NCBI GenBank assembly: GCA_050954525.1
Contig: JBPBPZ010000355.1
Span: 1 to 59,393 of the forward strand
Source of the DNA: Janthinobacterium lividum
GTDB lineage: Bacteria > Acidobacteriota > Terriglobia > Terriglobales > Acidobacteriaceae
Direction: 5' to 3'
Length of the DNA stretch: 59,393 nucleotides
The notes under the pieces are model-generated. The model worked only from the letters and a program-made list of their open reading frames with translations, was not told where the DNA came from and ran no database searches. Position numbers and translations under genes: made by a program. Shown here piece after piece: positions 44,088 through 54,832 of this stretch (the first letter of the stretch is position 1; the number at the start of each line of letters is the position of its first letter).

Positions 44088-46895
44088 GTGAAGGATCAAA
44101 GCAGCATGCCGTTGTGCCGTTCCATCTTGTACTTACTTATTTTTGACTTAGCGATGGGCTCGGCCCCTGCCGTTGCGCAGGCACCAGGCAGCTTGGCCGC
44201 ACTTGGGACTCTGCGCGTAACGGTTCGCGACACATCTGGACGTATCGTTCCTTCGGCGCGCGGTACGTTGTCCAGCCCGGCGTCTGGCAGCAGACTAGTT
44301 GAAGCTGCCGCAGACGGGTCCATCACAACATCAGATTTGGCCTTCGGGCGCTACACGCTGCAGCTTGCGGCACCCGGCTTCACCACCGAACGTATTGCCT
44401 TCGCAATCGTGTCGCAGACACCGTTAACGCGTGACGTGGTGTTGACTGCGGCCGGCCCGAACACCTCCGTGAACGTGGTTGCGTCAGCGCCCATCGGCAA
44501 GCTGGACGTTCCTCTAAACGATGTGCCAGTGCCGGTGCAGACGCTGTCGGCGCAAACCCTTGAAGACACCAACGCCATCGACCTGACGGACACCTTGAAG
44601 CGCCGATTGAACGGCGTGTATGTAAACGAAAACCAGAACAATCCGTTCCAGCCGGATGTGAATTATCGCGGCTACACGGCGTCTCCGCTGGTCGGTTCAC
44701 CCGCAGGCATTTCGGTGTACCTGGATGGTGTGCGACAGAACCAACCCTTTGGCGACGTGGTGCAGTGGGATCTGATTCCAAAAGTTGCCATCAGCAGCAC
44801 AGAGCTGATCCCCGGATCGAACCCGGTGTACGGCCTCAACACGCTGGGCGGTGCCATCGCCGTCCAGACCAAGGATGGCCTCAGTAACGCGGGCTTCTCG
44901 ATCAGCGGTTATGGTGGCAGTTTTGGCCGGCGCGCCGTGGATGCGCAGTATGGTGGAAGTAACAGCGCGGGTCTTAACTGGTTTGCTGCAGGCACACTGT
45001 TCCATGAAGATGGCTGGCGCGTGCAGTCGCCCTCAAGCGTGAAGCAGTCTTTCGCCAAGCTGGGCTATGCCCATGGTGGCACCGTGCTGGCGCTGTCAGG
45101 CGGCTACAGCATCAACAATCTCGTCGGTAACGGCACGCAGGACTTCCGGGCCATTCAGCGGCAGACAGGCCTGAACCACGGCTACAACAGTGTGTACAGC
45201 ATCCCGGACGCGACGTATCAGCACCAGCCTTTTCTTACGCTGAACGCTACGCAAGCCATAAGCAGCAGCGTTAGTGTGAATGCCAACGCTTATATGCGCT
45301 CTACCCGAACCAACACAACCAATGGCGACATTAACGACGACAGCTTTGACCAGTCGCTGTACACGCTGTCGGCAGGGGACAGGTCGGCACTGACAAAAGC
45401 AGGGGTCGCCTTTCCGGCAACGCCGATCACGGCAGCCAATACGCCGTTTCCTTACCTGCGCTGCGTCGCGCAGGCACTGACACAGGATGAACCCGCGGAG
45501 AAATGTACGGGCGTGGACACGGACACAGTCAACCGGCAGCATGCGTTCGGCGGCGGTGCCATGCTTTCCTGGAACACGGCGCGTAACAAATTGAGCGTGG
45601 GTGCGGGCGTGGACCATGGCGCGCTGACCTTTGCGCAAACAGGGCAGTGGGGCTACCTGAACGCAGATGGCATCTCCATCACTCGCGTTCCTGCATACCT
45701 TGACGGCAGCGAGATCAGCGACGACGGCGGTGCCTACGACAACCGCGTGAACCTGCACGGGACCAGCAATACCCCATCTGTCTTTGTTACGGATACCTTC
45801 ACCGCAGGCAAGTTCGTTTTGAACGCAGGCGGGCGCTATAACCATACGAACATCAACAACACTGACCGCATTGCCCCTACGGCTTATCGCGGAACGCTCA
45901 CGGCGGTGAACATCTACCAGCGCTTCAATCCCACTGCAGGCGTGGTATTCAAACCGAGCAGCACCTTGAACGCGTACTTCGATTACAGCGAAAGCAGCCG
46001 CGCTCCTACGTCGACGGAACTTGGCTGCGCCGATCCCAACTTTCCCTGCTCCTTGCCGAATGCCTTGGTAAGCGATCCGCCGTTGAAGCAGGTGGTCAGC
46101 CGGACGTACGAAGTCGGTTTACGCGGCAATCCAGACGGCACTTACCGCTGGTCTGCCGGGTACTTCCACACAAATAACTATGACGATCTGCTGTTTGTGG
46201 CGGCACAACAAACCGGCTATGGCTACTTTCAGAACTTCGGAAAAACCCGCAGGCAGGGTGTAGAGGCGTCCGCCACAGCGCACATGCATAACCTTGACGC
46301 CGGCGCGGAATATACCTTTCTGGAAGCGACTTACCAGAGCTCGCAGGTACTGCAAAGCGGAAGCAATAGCAGTAACAGCAACGTTCTGGCTGGCGGCAAG
46401 GGCATCACGGATGGAGGCACCATTGCTATTCAGCCCGGCAACCAGATCCCGCAGGTTCCACAGCACCTTCTAAAGCTTTACAGCGATTACCACGCCACGC
46501 GAAAGCTCTCTGTGGATGTCGACTTCAATCTGATTAGTTCCGCGTATGTGCGCGGCAATGAGAACAACCTGCACCAGCCTGATGGTGTGTACTACCTGGG
46601 CAGTGGGAAAAGTCCCGGCTACGGCGTGGTGAACCTGGGGACACGGTACCGGTTCAACTCTCACTACGAACTGTTCGCCGAGGTTAACAATTTGCTGAAT
46701 CGACACTATTACACTGCAGGCCAACTGGCATCCACGCCGTACGACAACAGCGGTAACTTTGTGGCTCGTCCATTTGCATCCATTCGATTCGAGGGGGACA
46801 CGGCTTACCCGACTCGGAACACAACCTTCCTTTCGCCGGGCGCGCCTGTCACCGTCTTTGGCGGAGTGAAGATCAGCTTCGGTAAGCATAGCTAA
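44088..46895 (+). CDS. TonB-dependent receptor
   Basis: N-terminal carboxypeptidase-regulatory-like domain; plug NPFQPDVNYRG...YLDGVR...WDLIP...GSNPVYGLNTLGG; RAPTSTELGCADP; NNLLNRHY; C-terminal beta-strand. Confidence 0.92.
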   Translation: MKDQSSMPLCRSILYLLIFDLAMGSAPAVAQAPGSLAALGTLRVTVRDTSGRIVPSARGTLSSPASGSRLVEAAADGSITTSDLAFGRYTLQLAAPGFTTERIAFAIVSQTPLTRDVVLTAAGPNTSVNVVASAPIGKLDVPLNDVPVPVQTLSAQTLEDTNAIDLTDTLKRRLNGVYVNENQNNPFQPDVNYRGYTASPLVGSPAGISVYLDGVRQNQPFGDVVQWDLIPKVAISSTELIPGSNPVYGLNTLGGAIAVQTKDGLSNAGFSISGYGGSFGRRAVDAQYGGSNSAGLNWFAAGTLFHEDGWRVQSPSSVKQSFAKLGYAHGGTVLALSGGYSINNLVGNGTQDFRAIQRQTGLNHGYNSVYSIPDATYQHQPFLTLNATQAISSSVSVNANAYMRSTRTNTTNGDINDDSFDQSLYTLSAGDRSALTKAGVAFPATPITAANTPFPYLRCVAQALTQDEPAEKCTGVDTDTVNRQHAFGGGAMLSWNTARNKLSVGAGVDHGALTFAQTGQWGYLNADGISITRVPAYLDGSEISDDGGAYDNRVNLHGTSNTPSVFVTDTFTAGKFVLNAGGRYNHTNINNTDRIAPTAYRGTLTAVNIYQRFNPTAGVVFKPSSTLNAYFDYSESSRAPTSTELGCADPNFPCSLPNALVSDPPLKQVVSRTYEVGLRGNPDGTYRWSAGYFHTNNYDDLLFVAAQQTGYGYFQNFGKTRRQGVEASATAHMHNLDAGAEYTFLEATYQSSQVLQSGSNSSNSNVLAGGKGITDGGTIAIQPGNQIPQVPQHLLKLYSDYHATRKLSVDVDFNLISSAYVRGNENNLHQPDGVYYLGSGKSPGYGVVNLGTRYRFNSHYELFAEVNNLLNRHYYTAGQLASTPYDNSGNFVARPFASIRFEGDTAYPTRNTTFLSPGAPVTVFGGVKISFGKHS

Positions 46896-46941
46896 CGCGA
46901 ATCGCAGCGGCTTACTAAAGAGTATGTAAGTTGCAATGGAA

Positions 46942-46965
46942 AAGCCGCTCCAGAAGGAGCGGCTT
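46942..46965. terminator. Hairpin between convergent genes
   Basis: AAGCCGCTCC-agaa-GGAGCGGCTT with A/T flanks. Confidence 0.7.
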
Positions 46966-46986
46966 CTTATTGTTTTATTAAGTGAC

Positions 46987-48084
46987 TTACAAACCTGCCA
47001 GCAGGATCGGCAAGGTAGGCGTCTGCGATCCTCCCGCAGGTTCTGCTGTTATAGCAAAGCCCTTGGCCGCGATCGATCTTTGGAAGCTGGTAGAAACCAC
47101 GGTCGCATTGCCTTGCGCATCAGGCACAAATGTTCCAGCAGGAATCGGATTGGACCCGTCCGCAGGCATCAGCCATAACTCATACACCCGGTTACCGTGC
47201 AGCGCTGGAAGATTGCTGGCGGTGAACAGCAACGTACCCCGGTTCGGGACATAGGTTCCCCGTCCTGATGGTGTCTTCTTCTGCTTGGGTACAGTCAGCG
47301 TCACTCGTAAAGCAGTGGGGTCAGAAAGTGCGTCCAGCACCTGGCGCGCGTTCTCAGCCTGCGCGCTTGCACTGTTTGCCTGCGCACTCAACTGTGCTAC
47401 CTGGTCCTGCTGATTGGCCAGGGTTCCACGCAGGCGCTCTGCTTCGCGTGCATTTTCAGCAGCGACACTCGCCAGGTCACTGGCACGGCTGCTTTCGCGC
47501 TGCGCGCGAGTGGCTTCCGCGGCAACCTTCGCGCTCAGGGCCGCCGATTGATCCTTGTAAGTTGACAGTTCAGCGCGCGATGCATTTGTTTGCTGTGCTG
47601 CTTCCTGCGCAGATTTCTGCAGGCTTTCACGTTCGCGAGCCAGATCTTCCACAACGGCATTCTTCTGCTGCACCTGTGCCGTTTGCTGCTGCAGCAACTG
47701 GTTAGCCGCCAACTTGTGGCGATGTTCCACGCCCAGTGTGACCAGTGCCATGGCTGCGATCGCCCAGCCACTCCACCCAAGGATGGAGGTGGAAGCCGTG
47801 GTGCGCGCTTTTTGCTGCTCAACCGGGGCCGGCATGGTGACGATGTTGCTCGTCGGGCGGGGCAGTGCGGCCAGCAGCCGGTCAAGGCTACCCTGCGGCA
47901 CTTCGGCATGGTCGACAGTTGCTTCAGCGTATACGCCCAGCGTTATGCGAATGTCGGCAAGCCGCTGCTGCAACGCCTGATTACCGGCCAGTTCTTCTGC
48001 AACAGCAGCAGCTTCTGTATCAGAAAGCGCCTGCATTGCATAAAGAATCAGGTTGTCGTCTTCGAGGTACCCGTTGATTGTCAT
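46987..48084 (-). CDS. RskA-family anti-sigma factor with long coiled coil
   Basis: One TM, Q/A-rich coiled coil, C-terminal LPAL..NRVYELW...AGTF...FAITAEPAGGSQTPT. Confidence 0.85.
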   Translation of the reverse strand: MTINGYLEDDNLILYAMQALSDTEAAAVAEELAGNQALQQRLADIRITLGVYAEATVDHAEVPQGSLDRLLAALPRPTSNIVTMPAPVEQQKARTTASTSILGWSGWAIAAMALVTLGVEHRHKLAANQLLQQQTAQVQQKNAVVEDLARERESLQKSAQEAAQQTNASRAELSTYKDQSAALSAKVAAEATRAQRESSRASDLASVAAENAREAERLRGTLANQQDQVAQLSAQANSASAQAENARQVLDALSDPTALRVTLTVPKQKKTPSGRGTYVPNRGTLLFTASNLPALHGNRVYELWLMPADGSNPIPAGTFVPDAQGNATVVSTSFQRSIAAKGFAITAEPAGGSQTPTLPILLAGL

Positions 48085-48644
48085 ACGGCAAGGGTCCTTT
48101 CCAACGTCTGAAGGGCCGATCGAATTCTTGTCTTGATGGTACCGAGCGGCGTGCCTGTCTTTTCTGCAATTTCTGAGTGAGAGAAGCCTTCAAAGAAGGC
48201 CATACCCAAGGCTACCTGCTGTTCGGCTGGCAGGGTGCCAGCAACTTCGCGTACGCGATCCAACAGCAGCCGGCGTTCTGAATCGTTCGCCAGGTTAAAG
48301 GACGAAGGTAGATCAAAATCTTCGGTGGACTGTGTCTGCTTGCGTCCGCGAATCAGGTCAATCGAACGATTACGAGCCATCACCGCGAGCAGCGAAGCTA
48401 GGCTACCGCGTCCGGCATCCAGCGAAACCGGCTTTCTCCAAAGCTGCATAAACACTTCTTGCAGTACGTCCTCTGCCTGTGCCGGGTCGTGCAGCACACG
48501 CAACGCGACGGAATACACGACACGTGAGTGACGTTCGAATAAACGTGCCATGGCCCCCTCATCTTTCTCTCCGATCAATCGAAGCAGAGAAGAATCTGAC
48601 GCCATATCCCCAGTCTGTCCTGGAGGAAGTATCCCGTCTGTCAT
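48081..48644 (-). CDS. ECF sigma factor (SigK-like)
   Basis: AEDVLQEVF, ARNRSID, AFFEGFSHSEIA, PLGTIKTRIR; ATGA-coupled to the RskA gene. Confidence 0.92.
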   Translation of the reverse strand: MTDGILPPGQTGDMASDSSLLRLIGEKDEGAMARLFERHSRVVYSVALRVLHDPAQAEDVLQEVFMQLWRKPVSLDAGRGSLASLLAVMARNRSIDLIRGRKQTQSTEDFDLPSSFNLANDSERRLLLDRVREVAGTLPAEQQVALGMAFFEGFSHSEIAEKTGTPLGTIKTRIRSALQTLERTLAV

Positions 48645-48970
48645 AGAACGCCTAGAGGACTCCTGCAGATTTGAGGCCGGTTAAACATGTGTTCATACGA
48701 TACAGAGCTTACCTCAAGGATATCCGACCCTGCCCTGCACCGGCTCGCAAAACCAGTGTGACACCTCGGAACCACATGGCTCCACGGGTTCACTCCCGGC
48801 ACGTGAGGCGTTTGTGTGCCCCAGGAGCATACAGGCACTGGTCTTCAGAAATCTCGCAAGCACGCGTCAGCAGCGAAATGCTTCCTCGGCGGAAAATTAC
48901 ATGACACTGGACGAAAAAGCCTGCTACGATTCGGCGCTCAGAAAAGCTGAACTATTTACGAGGCCACACC

Positions 48971-51900
48971 ATGTCAGTTCCTACCATTGGAAGCGGCAAG
49001 TCTTCTGCCTTAGCCAAGGCTGTAATTGCGACCGCTCATCGCCAGTTCCTGTCGTGCCGCTCCGTTGTGCGGTTTGCGTCCATCGTCATACTGCTGCTGG
49101 CCATGTTGGGCGGATCTGCGAACACCTATGCGCAGGACTCGACCGGCACAATTCTGGGCACGGTCAGCGATCCTTCCGGTGCATCCATCCCCAACGCGGA
49201 AGTCACCGTAACCAACAGCTCGACCAACATTTCTACTGTTCTGAAAACCAGTGAGTCCGGTGCCTTTACCGCGCCCAACCTGAACCCGGGAACGTATACC
49301 GTCACGGTCAAGGTGCCAGGATTTCAAAGTGCCAACCTCAGCAACATTCAACTGTCAGCAGGCGACCGGCGACGCACCGACGCAACCCTGACGGTTGGTG
49401 GCAGCAACGAGACCATTGAGATCACTGCGGCCGCTCCCGTTCTGCAGACCGATGCTTCATCCATCGGCAGTAATGTGACCCAACGCGCCGTGCAGGACCT
49501 GCCGCTGAACGGCCGCAACTTCATCAACCTGGCGCAGATCATTCCTGGTGCCACGGAAGGCGCTCCCAACAGCATCAGCAGCGGCACGCGTCCTGACGAT
49601 CGTCGGCCCACGTCTTCGGTCTCGATTAACGGTCAGTCTGAAGTGTTGAACGACCAGTTGGTGGATGGCCTGGACAACAATGAGCGCGTCATCGGTACGA
49701 TCGGCGTTCGCCCCGCGATCGATTCCATTCAGGAAGTCAGGATTCTGACTAATTCGTTCTCGGCGGATGGGGGACGCGCTGGCGGTGCCCTGATCAACGT
49801 CATCACCAAAAGCGGTACCAACAACTTCCACGGCACGCTATACGAGTTCTTCCGCAACGACAAGCTGAACGCCTTCGCCTACCAGTACGGTGCAGGCCGT
49901 GCCAAACCACGCCTCCGGCAGAACCAGTTTGGCGGCAGCCTGGGCGGTCCCATTTTCAAAGACAAAGCCTTCTTCTACGGCGATGCAGAATTCTTCCGGC
50001 TGATCCGCGGCAGCCTGCCAAGCCAACTGACCGTGCCAACACTTGCACAGCAGCAGAATCCCGGCGACTTCTCGGCGACTACGCCAGGAGGGGCAGTAGC
50101 CCAACTGAGTGGCGCACCCACGGGCTGCGCGCGCCTCGACCTTCCGGGCACCTCGGCATTTACAAGCTCTGACCCGACACAGCTGCAGACCACCGGTTGC
50201 GTGTACGACCCCGACCCGACCCACGTAGCTGGCGTGAACGGCTATGGTGCGGCAGGCGTGGCGTCGCAATACCTGCGCACGCCCGTACCTGGAAATCGGA
50301 TCCCGAACGGTTTCATCGATCCCATTGGACTCGACTACTTCAAACTTTATCCCGCGCCCAATGTAGGCACGAACGGCTTTGTGAACGTCCGCAACAACGA
50401 GCAGTACTCCGTTACCTACGATGTTCGCGTCGACTACCACTTCAACCCGAACAACACGATTTTCGCGAAGTACATCGTCAACGACGTCTACACCATCTCG
50501 CCCGGCGCGCTGCCCATCTCAAACGCAAATGGATTCGCGATAGATCCGCAGACCGGAAATGGCTTCGGCACCTCGCCGCAGATTGCACGCAATGCCGCGC
50601 TGATCTACACGCACACCTTTACTCCCAACCTGCTGATGAACCTGGGTGCCTCGTACACCTTTATCAACGGCGGATCGAACCCGCTGAATTACCAGGTGAA
50701 CCCTAACAACAAGCTGGGCCAGCCGAATCTGAATGTAAGTGACGCAACGTCTGGCCTAGCGCTGGCGTTGCCTACCGGCCTTACCGGCCTGGGCAATGGC
50801 GGAAATTTCGTCCCGCTGTTTAACAAGGACAACAACTACCAGGTGAACGGCAACGTGTTCTACAGCCGCGGCAACCAGAGCTTCCGCATGGGTGCCAACC
50901 TGATCCGCCGCATCGCGCGCAACCAGCAGGACAACAATGGTGAGGGGCAGTGGACGTTCCGCACCGGTGCACCCGGCCTGCTGGAGGGCATCTTCTCTGC
51001 AGCTACACGTAACGTAAATCTGTACACGCCTTACTACCAGACATGGGAACCCAGCGTGTACCTGCAGGACGACTGGCACGTGTCACCGAATCTAACCCTG
51101 AACCTGGGCATTCGGTACGACGTGTACACGCCCTTCACCGAGAAGTTCAACCACATCTCCAACTTCGATCCGGCGACCGCAACCATCCTGCAGGCTGGCG
51201 TCAATGGCGTTAGCCGCACGGCTGGCATCAAGACGGACTACAGCAATTTGGCACCCCGCTTCGGCTTCGCGTATAACCCTGCGCCCAGCCTGGTGATCCG
51301 TGGCGGTTTTGGCCTGGCGTTCTTTGCCAGCAATTACCAGTCGCCCACCAATCTGAAGAACACGCCGAACATCTCCATTTACGGCAACTGCTCTTCCGTG
51401 CAGTCGGCGGCAGCAACGAGCGGCTGCAACCCAGCCTTTGCACGCTTCCGTCAGGGCTTGCCGTTGCCAAATCAAACGCCAGGTACAGCAGGTGCTGCCA
51501 TCGTCGGATCCATCCCCGCGGCCGTGGATAAGAATTTTGGCTCAGGGTACCTGGAGCAGTTCAACTTAACCGTGCAGAAGGACTTTCACGGCAACGCGCT
51601 AACGGTGTCTTACGTTGGAGCGCTTGGACGTAAGCTTTCTACGGGTTTCGACATCAACCGTGCACCCGCAAATGCCTCTGGCAGCCAGTCGTTACGCCGC
51701 TTTGCAGCGCAACTGCCGAATGTCACCACCATCCAGCAGACCCTTAGCACCGGCGCCTCGTCGTACCACTCTCTACAGGCATCGTTTGAACGTCGCTTCT
51801 CCAACGGCCTCGGTTTCAACGTGAACACCACCTGGGCGCACCTGATGGACAACGCTCCAAATATCAACGGCCAAAGCGGTAATGGTGTTGGTCAAAACCT

Positions 51901-52522
51901 GGCGACGCAAAACTTCGACGATTACGGCAATGGCGATCTTGACACGCGCAACCGCGTCGTCGTGACTGGGAACTACATTCTGCCATTTGGGAAAGGTACC
52001 CGTGGCCTGCGTAACGCGGTGGAGTCGGGATGGCACATCAATGTGCTGGACCTGTGGTCTACCGGTCTGCCGTTCACCATCCTGAACGCTTCCAACATCA
52101 GCGGTACCAGCCCTAACGGTTCCGCCGACCGCTTGAACGTGTTGAGCGATCCGTTCAGCAATATTCAGCGAGGAACCGGCAACACCTCAGGCGCGTTGCA
52201 ATTCTTCAACGGCAACACTGACCCAACACGCGGTGCCGTCGCTTTTGCTCCGCAGGCCGCAGGAACCTTCGGCAACGAGCGCCGCAACCTGTACCACGGG
52301 CCGCATTTCCGCCATTGGGATATGTCGCTGTTCAAGGATTTCCCGGCGTGGCGCGAGACCCACTTCCAGTTCCGTGCGGAAGCGTTCAACGTAGCCAACC
52401 AGACCAACTTCGCCAACCCGTCGACCGGTGTCACCACACCCTCTACCTTCGGTGCACTCACCTCAACCCAACTGTCCTACCAACCGCGACTGGTGCAACT
52501 GGCACTGAAGTACGAGTTCTAA
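48971..52522 (+). CDS. Oar-like TonB-dependent receptor with carboxypeptidase-regulatory-like N-domain
   Basis: [59 protein letters not shown]. Confidence 0.93.
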   Translation: MSVPTIGSGKSSALAKAVIATAHRQFLSCRSVVRFASIVILLLAMLGGSANTYAQDSTGTILGTVSDPSGASIPNAEVTVTNSSTNISTVLKTSESGAFTAPNLNPGTYTVTVKVPGFQSANLSNIQLSAGDRRRTDATLTVGGSNETIEITAAAPVLQTDASSIGSNVTQRAVQDLPLNGRNFINLAQIIPGATEGAPNSISSGTRPDDRRPTSSVSINGQSEVLNDQLVDGLDNNERVIGTIGVRPAIDSIQEVRILTNSFSADGGRAGGALINVITKSGTNNFHGTLYEFFRNDKLNAFAYQYGAGRAKPRLRQNQFGGSLGGPIFKDKAFFYGDAEFFRLIRGSLPSQLTVPTLAQQQNPGDFSATTPGGAVAQLSGAPTGCARLDLPGTSAFTSSDPTQLQTTGCVYDPDPTHVAGVNGYGAAGVASQYLRTPVPGNRIPNGFIDPIGLDYFKLYPAPNVGTNGFVNVRNNEQYSVTYDVRVDYHFNPNNTIFAKYIVNDVYTISPGALPISNANGFAIDPQTGNGFGTSPQIARNAALIYTHTFTPNLLMNLGASYTFINGGSNPLNYQVNPNNKLGQPNLNVSDATSGLALALPTGLTGLGNGGNFVPLFNKDNNYQVNGNVFYSRGNQSFRMGANLIRRIARNQQDNNGEGQWTFRTGAPGLLEGIFSAATRNVNLYTPYYQTWEPSVYLQDDWHVSPNLTLNLGIRYDVYTPFTEKFNHISNFDPATATILQAGVNGVSRTAGIKTDYSNLAPRFGFAYNPAPSLVIRGGFGLAFFASNYQSPTNLKNTPNISIYGNCSSVQSAAATSGCNPAFARFRQGLPLPNQTPGTAGAAIVGSIPAAVDKNFGSGYLEQFNLTVQKDFHGNALTVSYVGALGRKLSTGFDINRAPANASGSQSLRRFAAQLPNVTTIQQTLSTGASSYHSLQASFERRFSNGLGFNVNTTWAHLMDNAPNINGQSGNGVGQNLATQNFDDYGNGDLDTRNRVVVTGNYILPFGKGTRGLRNAVESGWHINVLDLWSTGLPFTILNASNISGTSPNGSADRLNVLSDPFSNIQRGTGNTSGALQFFNGNTDPTRGAVAFAPQAAGTFGNERRNLYHGPHFRHWDMSLFKDFPAWRETHFQFRAEAFNVANQTNFANPSTGVTTPSTFGALTSTQLSYQPRLVQLALKYEF

Positions 52523-52526
52523 CAGA

Positions 52527-52567
52527 AGCAAAGGTCGGAGTGCCTGTTAAGTGTTTCGACCTTTGCT
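52527..52567 (+). terminator. Hairpin after the TonB receptor gene
   Basis: AGCAAAGGTCG...CGACCTTTGCT. Confidence 0.6.
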
Positions 52568-52776
52568 CCTTCAACAGCCTTACATGCAGGTCGACGCACC
52601 TGTGTTGCTGCGTGCAGAACACTTAGATCTGCTTGCATCCACAGCTAAAAGCTGTCCAGGTGACAGCTGAGACCTTAGATCGTCATTGGCTGTACTCACA
52701 TCTATAGGCTCGGTGCGATTTTGACGTTAGTTTAGTCCAGACCGGATCGCAGTAAGAGGCCAAAGCTTGCGTTACC

Positions 52777-54681
52777 ATGCGAGTAATGCTGCCGCAATCC
52801 CGATACAAGTTGCCTCTTTTCGCAGGACTTTTACTACTAGCCAGCTTCAGTGTGTTTGTTCTGCCCTTCCTGGTTCCTCCGGCCTACCTTGAAGGCCAGT
52901 CTGCGGCAAACGTGGCCGGTTTCAACAACAAATTGGCCGCTGTCGCTGCAGCGTTTTTCGGATGCGTGGCCTTGGTGCTGCAGGTCCGTTCCGGGCGCTG
53001 GCAGAAAAGCCTAGAGACAGATAAGCGAGCGCTCTCTACAGAGGTAGTTCTGGTGAGTGCACTGGTTCCCGCGGCCGTGCTTACTCTGCTCAGTGTCATC
53101 GTTTTCTACTCGAAATACCTGTTTACCGCCGATGCGTTTTACTTTATCGATCAGGCCAGCAAACACAGCGAGTATGGACGTAGCCTTTACACGCAGATCG
53201 AGTTTCCTTATGGGCCGATTCTCTTCTATCTTCCAATCTTTGTACGTACGATCCTGACACCATTTCACCTGTCCATAGCAGGTGCATACTTTGTGACCCT
53301 AGTGGGAACCAGCGGTCTGGGTGTCCTCATGATGGCGTATATCCTGAATGCGCTGCCTCTGAGTCACAGGATTCGGACTGTGTTTCTAATCCTTTGCGCG
53401 TGTTGGTCTATACCCATCAGCATGGGTATCAATTACACCTTCTTTCGTTTCGCAACACCTTGTTTCTTTCTTGTTCTTCTGAGTAAGCAGTTCAAACTTT
53501 CCACGATGTTTGCTTGGACCCTAATTGCACAGGTCTTCTGCCTGGCAATGTCCCCGGAGATGGGGCTCAGCTTCGCTTCCGGCAGTTTTGCACTGGTTGT
53601 CTACCGCGCTTTCCGACAAGAGCGTAAGTGGGCGTTCACACTGCTTGCGCCTCTGATCGGCATCCCATTGTTTCTGGTTGCTGTCGGGCCAGGCTATCTC
53701 CGCATGGTGATGATGTTTGCCCGCGGTACCAATAATCTTGTCGTCGGGCCGGTTCCCCACGTTCTTCTGGTGCTGGCCGCGCTGCTTTGGCTTGCACCTG
53801 CGCTGCTTGGAACCTACTTCCACGAACGGCGTCAGCAAACCGATCTTCTGCTTTCTTTTTACTTTGCAGCCATTGCGCTCTTACCAGCCGCGTTTGGCCG
53901 CTGCGACCCGCAGCACACATTGTTCAATGGGCTTGGATTTCTCCTCATCGCTTTGGCGGCTATTTCTGCCTGGCAGGGAAGTGGACGAAAAATCCTGCTT
54001 GGTATTTTCATGCTTGTGTTCACCTGGTCTATCCTCCGCACCGCCACGTACCCTTTCTGCGTCTCAGAGATGCAGGGGGCGCTCGGAGGCTTCAGCCGCC
54101 TACCTCTTGTCAAGCGGCAGATCGTGCGTCTTTCCAGGCACGTATTCCGGAACGCGATTGAAACGCATTACGCAAAGCGTCCGCCTGAGTTCGTGGACTT
54201 CAACGCCATTCAACAAATCACAGCCGGCCAGCCCATTGTTGATCCCTTGTGGCTGACGCTGAGGACAGAGGCACATTTAAAGCAGACCGGCCAGTGGGTG
54301 CCGAGCTTCTACGACTATCAGATTGCGGTGCTGGATAGTTCTGCCGAAGTTCACGCCATTGACTACATCGAAAGCGCGAACTGGATGCTGCTTCCGCTTT
54401 GCCATGTGATATGGCAGACCGAGAGGCCCGAAGAAACCAAGTGGATGATGGGGTTCCCATGGACCTACCGTTCGGTCCGAAAGCCTTATGTGGCCGGACG
54501 TAAGATCAATGCGGAGTTCGCTAAAAACTGGGTTTTCATCAGAAACGTGGGTGACGTGGATCTGTTCCGTAAGCGGCATCCCGACGAAGCCATCCCTGTC
54601 TTCGACGAAGGGAACTGTGCGGCTCCTGAAGGGGCTCTCGAGGATGCTGCCAAAGTGACAAGGATCGTGCCGCGCAGCTAA
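52777..54681 (+). CDS. Multi-TM hypothetical membrane protein, possibly GT-C glycosyltransferase-like
   Basis: About 12 TMs, loop motif LYTQIEFPYGP, GRCDPQH, soluble C-terminal domain; visibly lower GC. Confidence 0.6.
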   Translation: MRVMLPQSRYKLPLFAGLLLLASFSVFVLPFLVPPAYLEGQSAANVAGFNNKLAAVAAAFFGCVALVLQVRSGRWQKSLETDKRALSTEVVLVSALVPAAVLTLLSVIVFYSKYLFTADAFYFIDQASKHSEYGRSLYTQIEFPYGPILFYLPIFVRTILTPFHLSIAGAYFVTLVGTSGLGVLMMAYILNALPLSHRIRTVFLILCACWSIPISMGINYTFFRFATPCFFLVLLSKQFKLSTMFAWTLIAQVFCLAMSPEMGLSFASGSFALVVYRAFRQERKWAFTLLAPLIGIPLFLVAVGPGYLRMVMMFARGTNNLVVGPVPHVLLVLAALLWLAPALLGTYFHERRQQTDLLLSFYFAAIALLPAAFGRCDPQHTLFNGLGFLLIALAAISAWQGSGRKILLGIFMLVFTWSILRTATYPFCVSEMQGALGGFSRLPLVKRQIVRLSRHVFRNAIETHYAKRPPEFVDFNAIQQITAGQPIVDPLWLTLRTEAHLKQTGQWVPSFYDYQIAVLDSSAEVHAIDYIESANWMLLPLCHVIWQTERPEETKWMMGFPWTYRSVRKPYVAGRKINAEFAKNWVFIRNVGDVDLFRKRHPDEAIPVFDEGNCAAPEGALEDAAKVTRIVPRS

Positions 54682-54704
54682 GCCGGCGTTTCCGTCTGCT
54701 GAAA

Positions 54705-54781
54705 TGGTGAACCAGGCAGGACTCGAACCTGCGACCCTCTGCTTAGAAGGCAGATGCTCTATCCGGCTGAGCTACTGGTTC
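54705..54781 (-). tRNA. tRNA-Arg(UCU)
   Basis: Reverse complement GAACCAGTAGCTCAGCCGGATAGAGCATCTGCCTTCTAAGCAGAGGGTCGCAGGTTCGAGTCCTGCCTGGTTCACCA; 77 nt; anticodon TCT. Confidence 0.97.
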
Positions 54782-54832
54782 GCTTATCTTTAGCTTACCT
54801 CTGCGGGGCAGGCTTGGCACACGGCTTTTGCC

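Noticed and set aside
48696-48723. ATATCC-N18-CGTA as an autoregulatory SigK-type promoter
   Set aside because: Single short match and I am unsure of the expected spacer; insufficient support.
36268-54704. Prophage or ICE between the tRNAs
   Set aside because: No integrase, relaxase, structural genes or att repeats visible.
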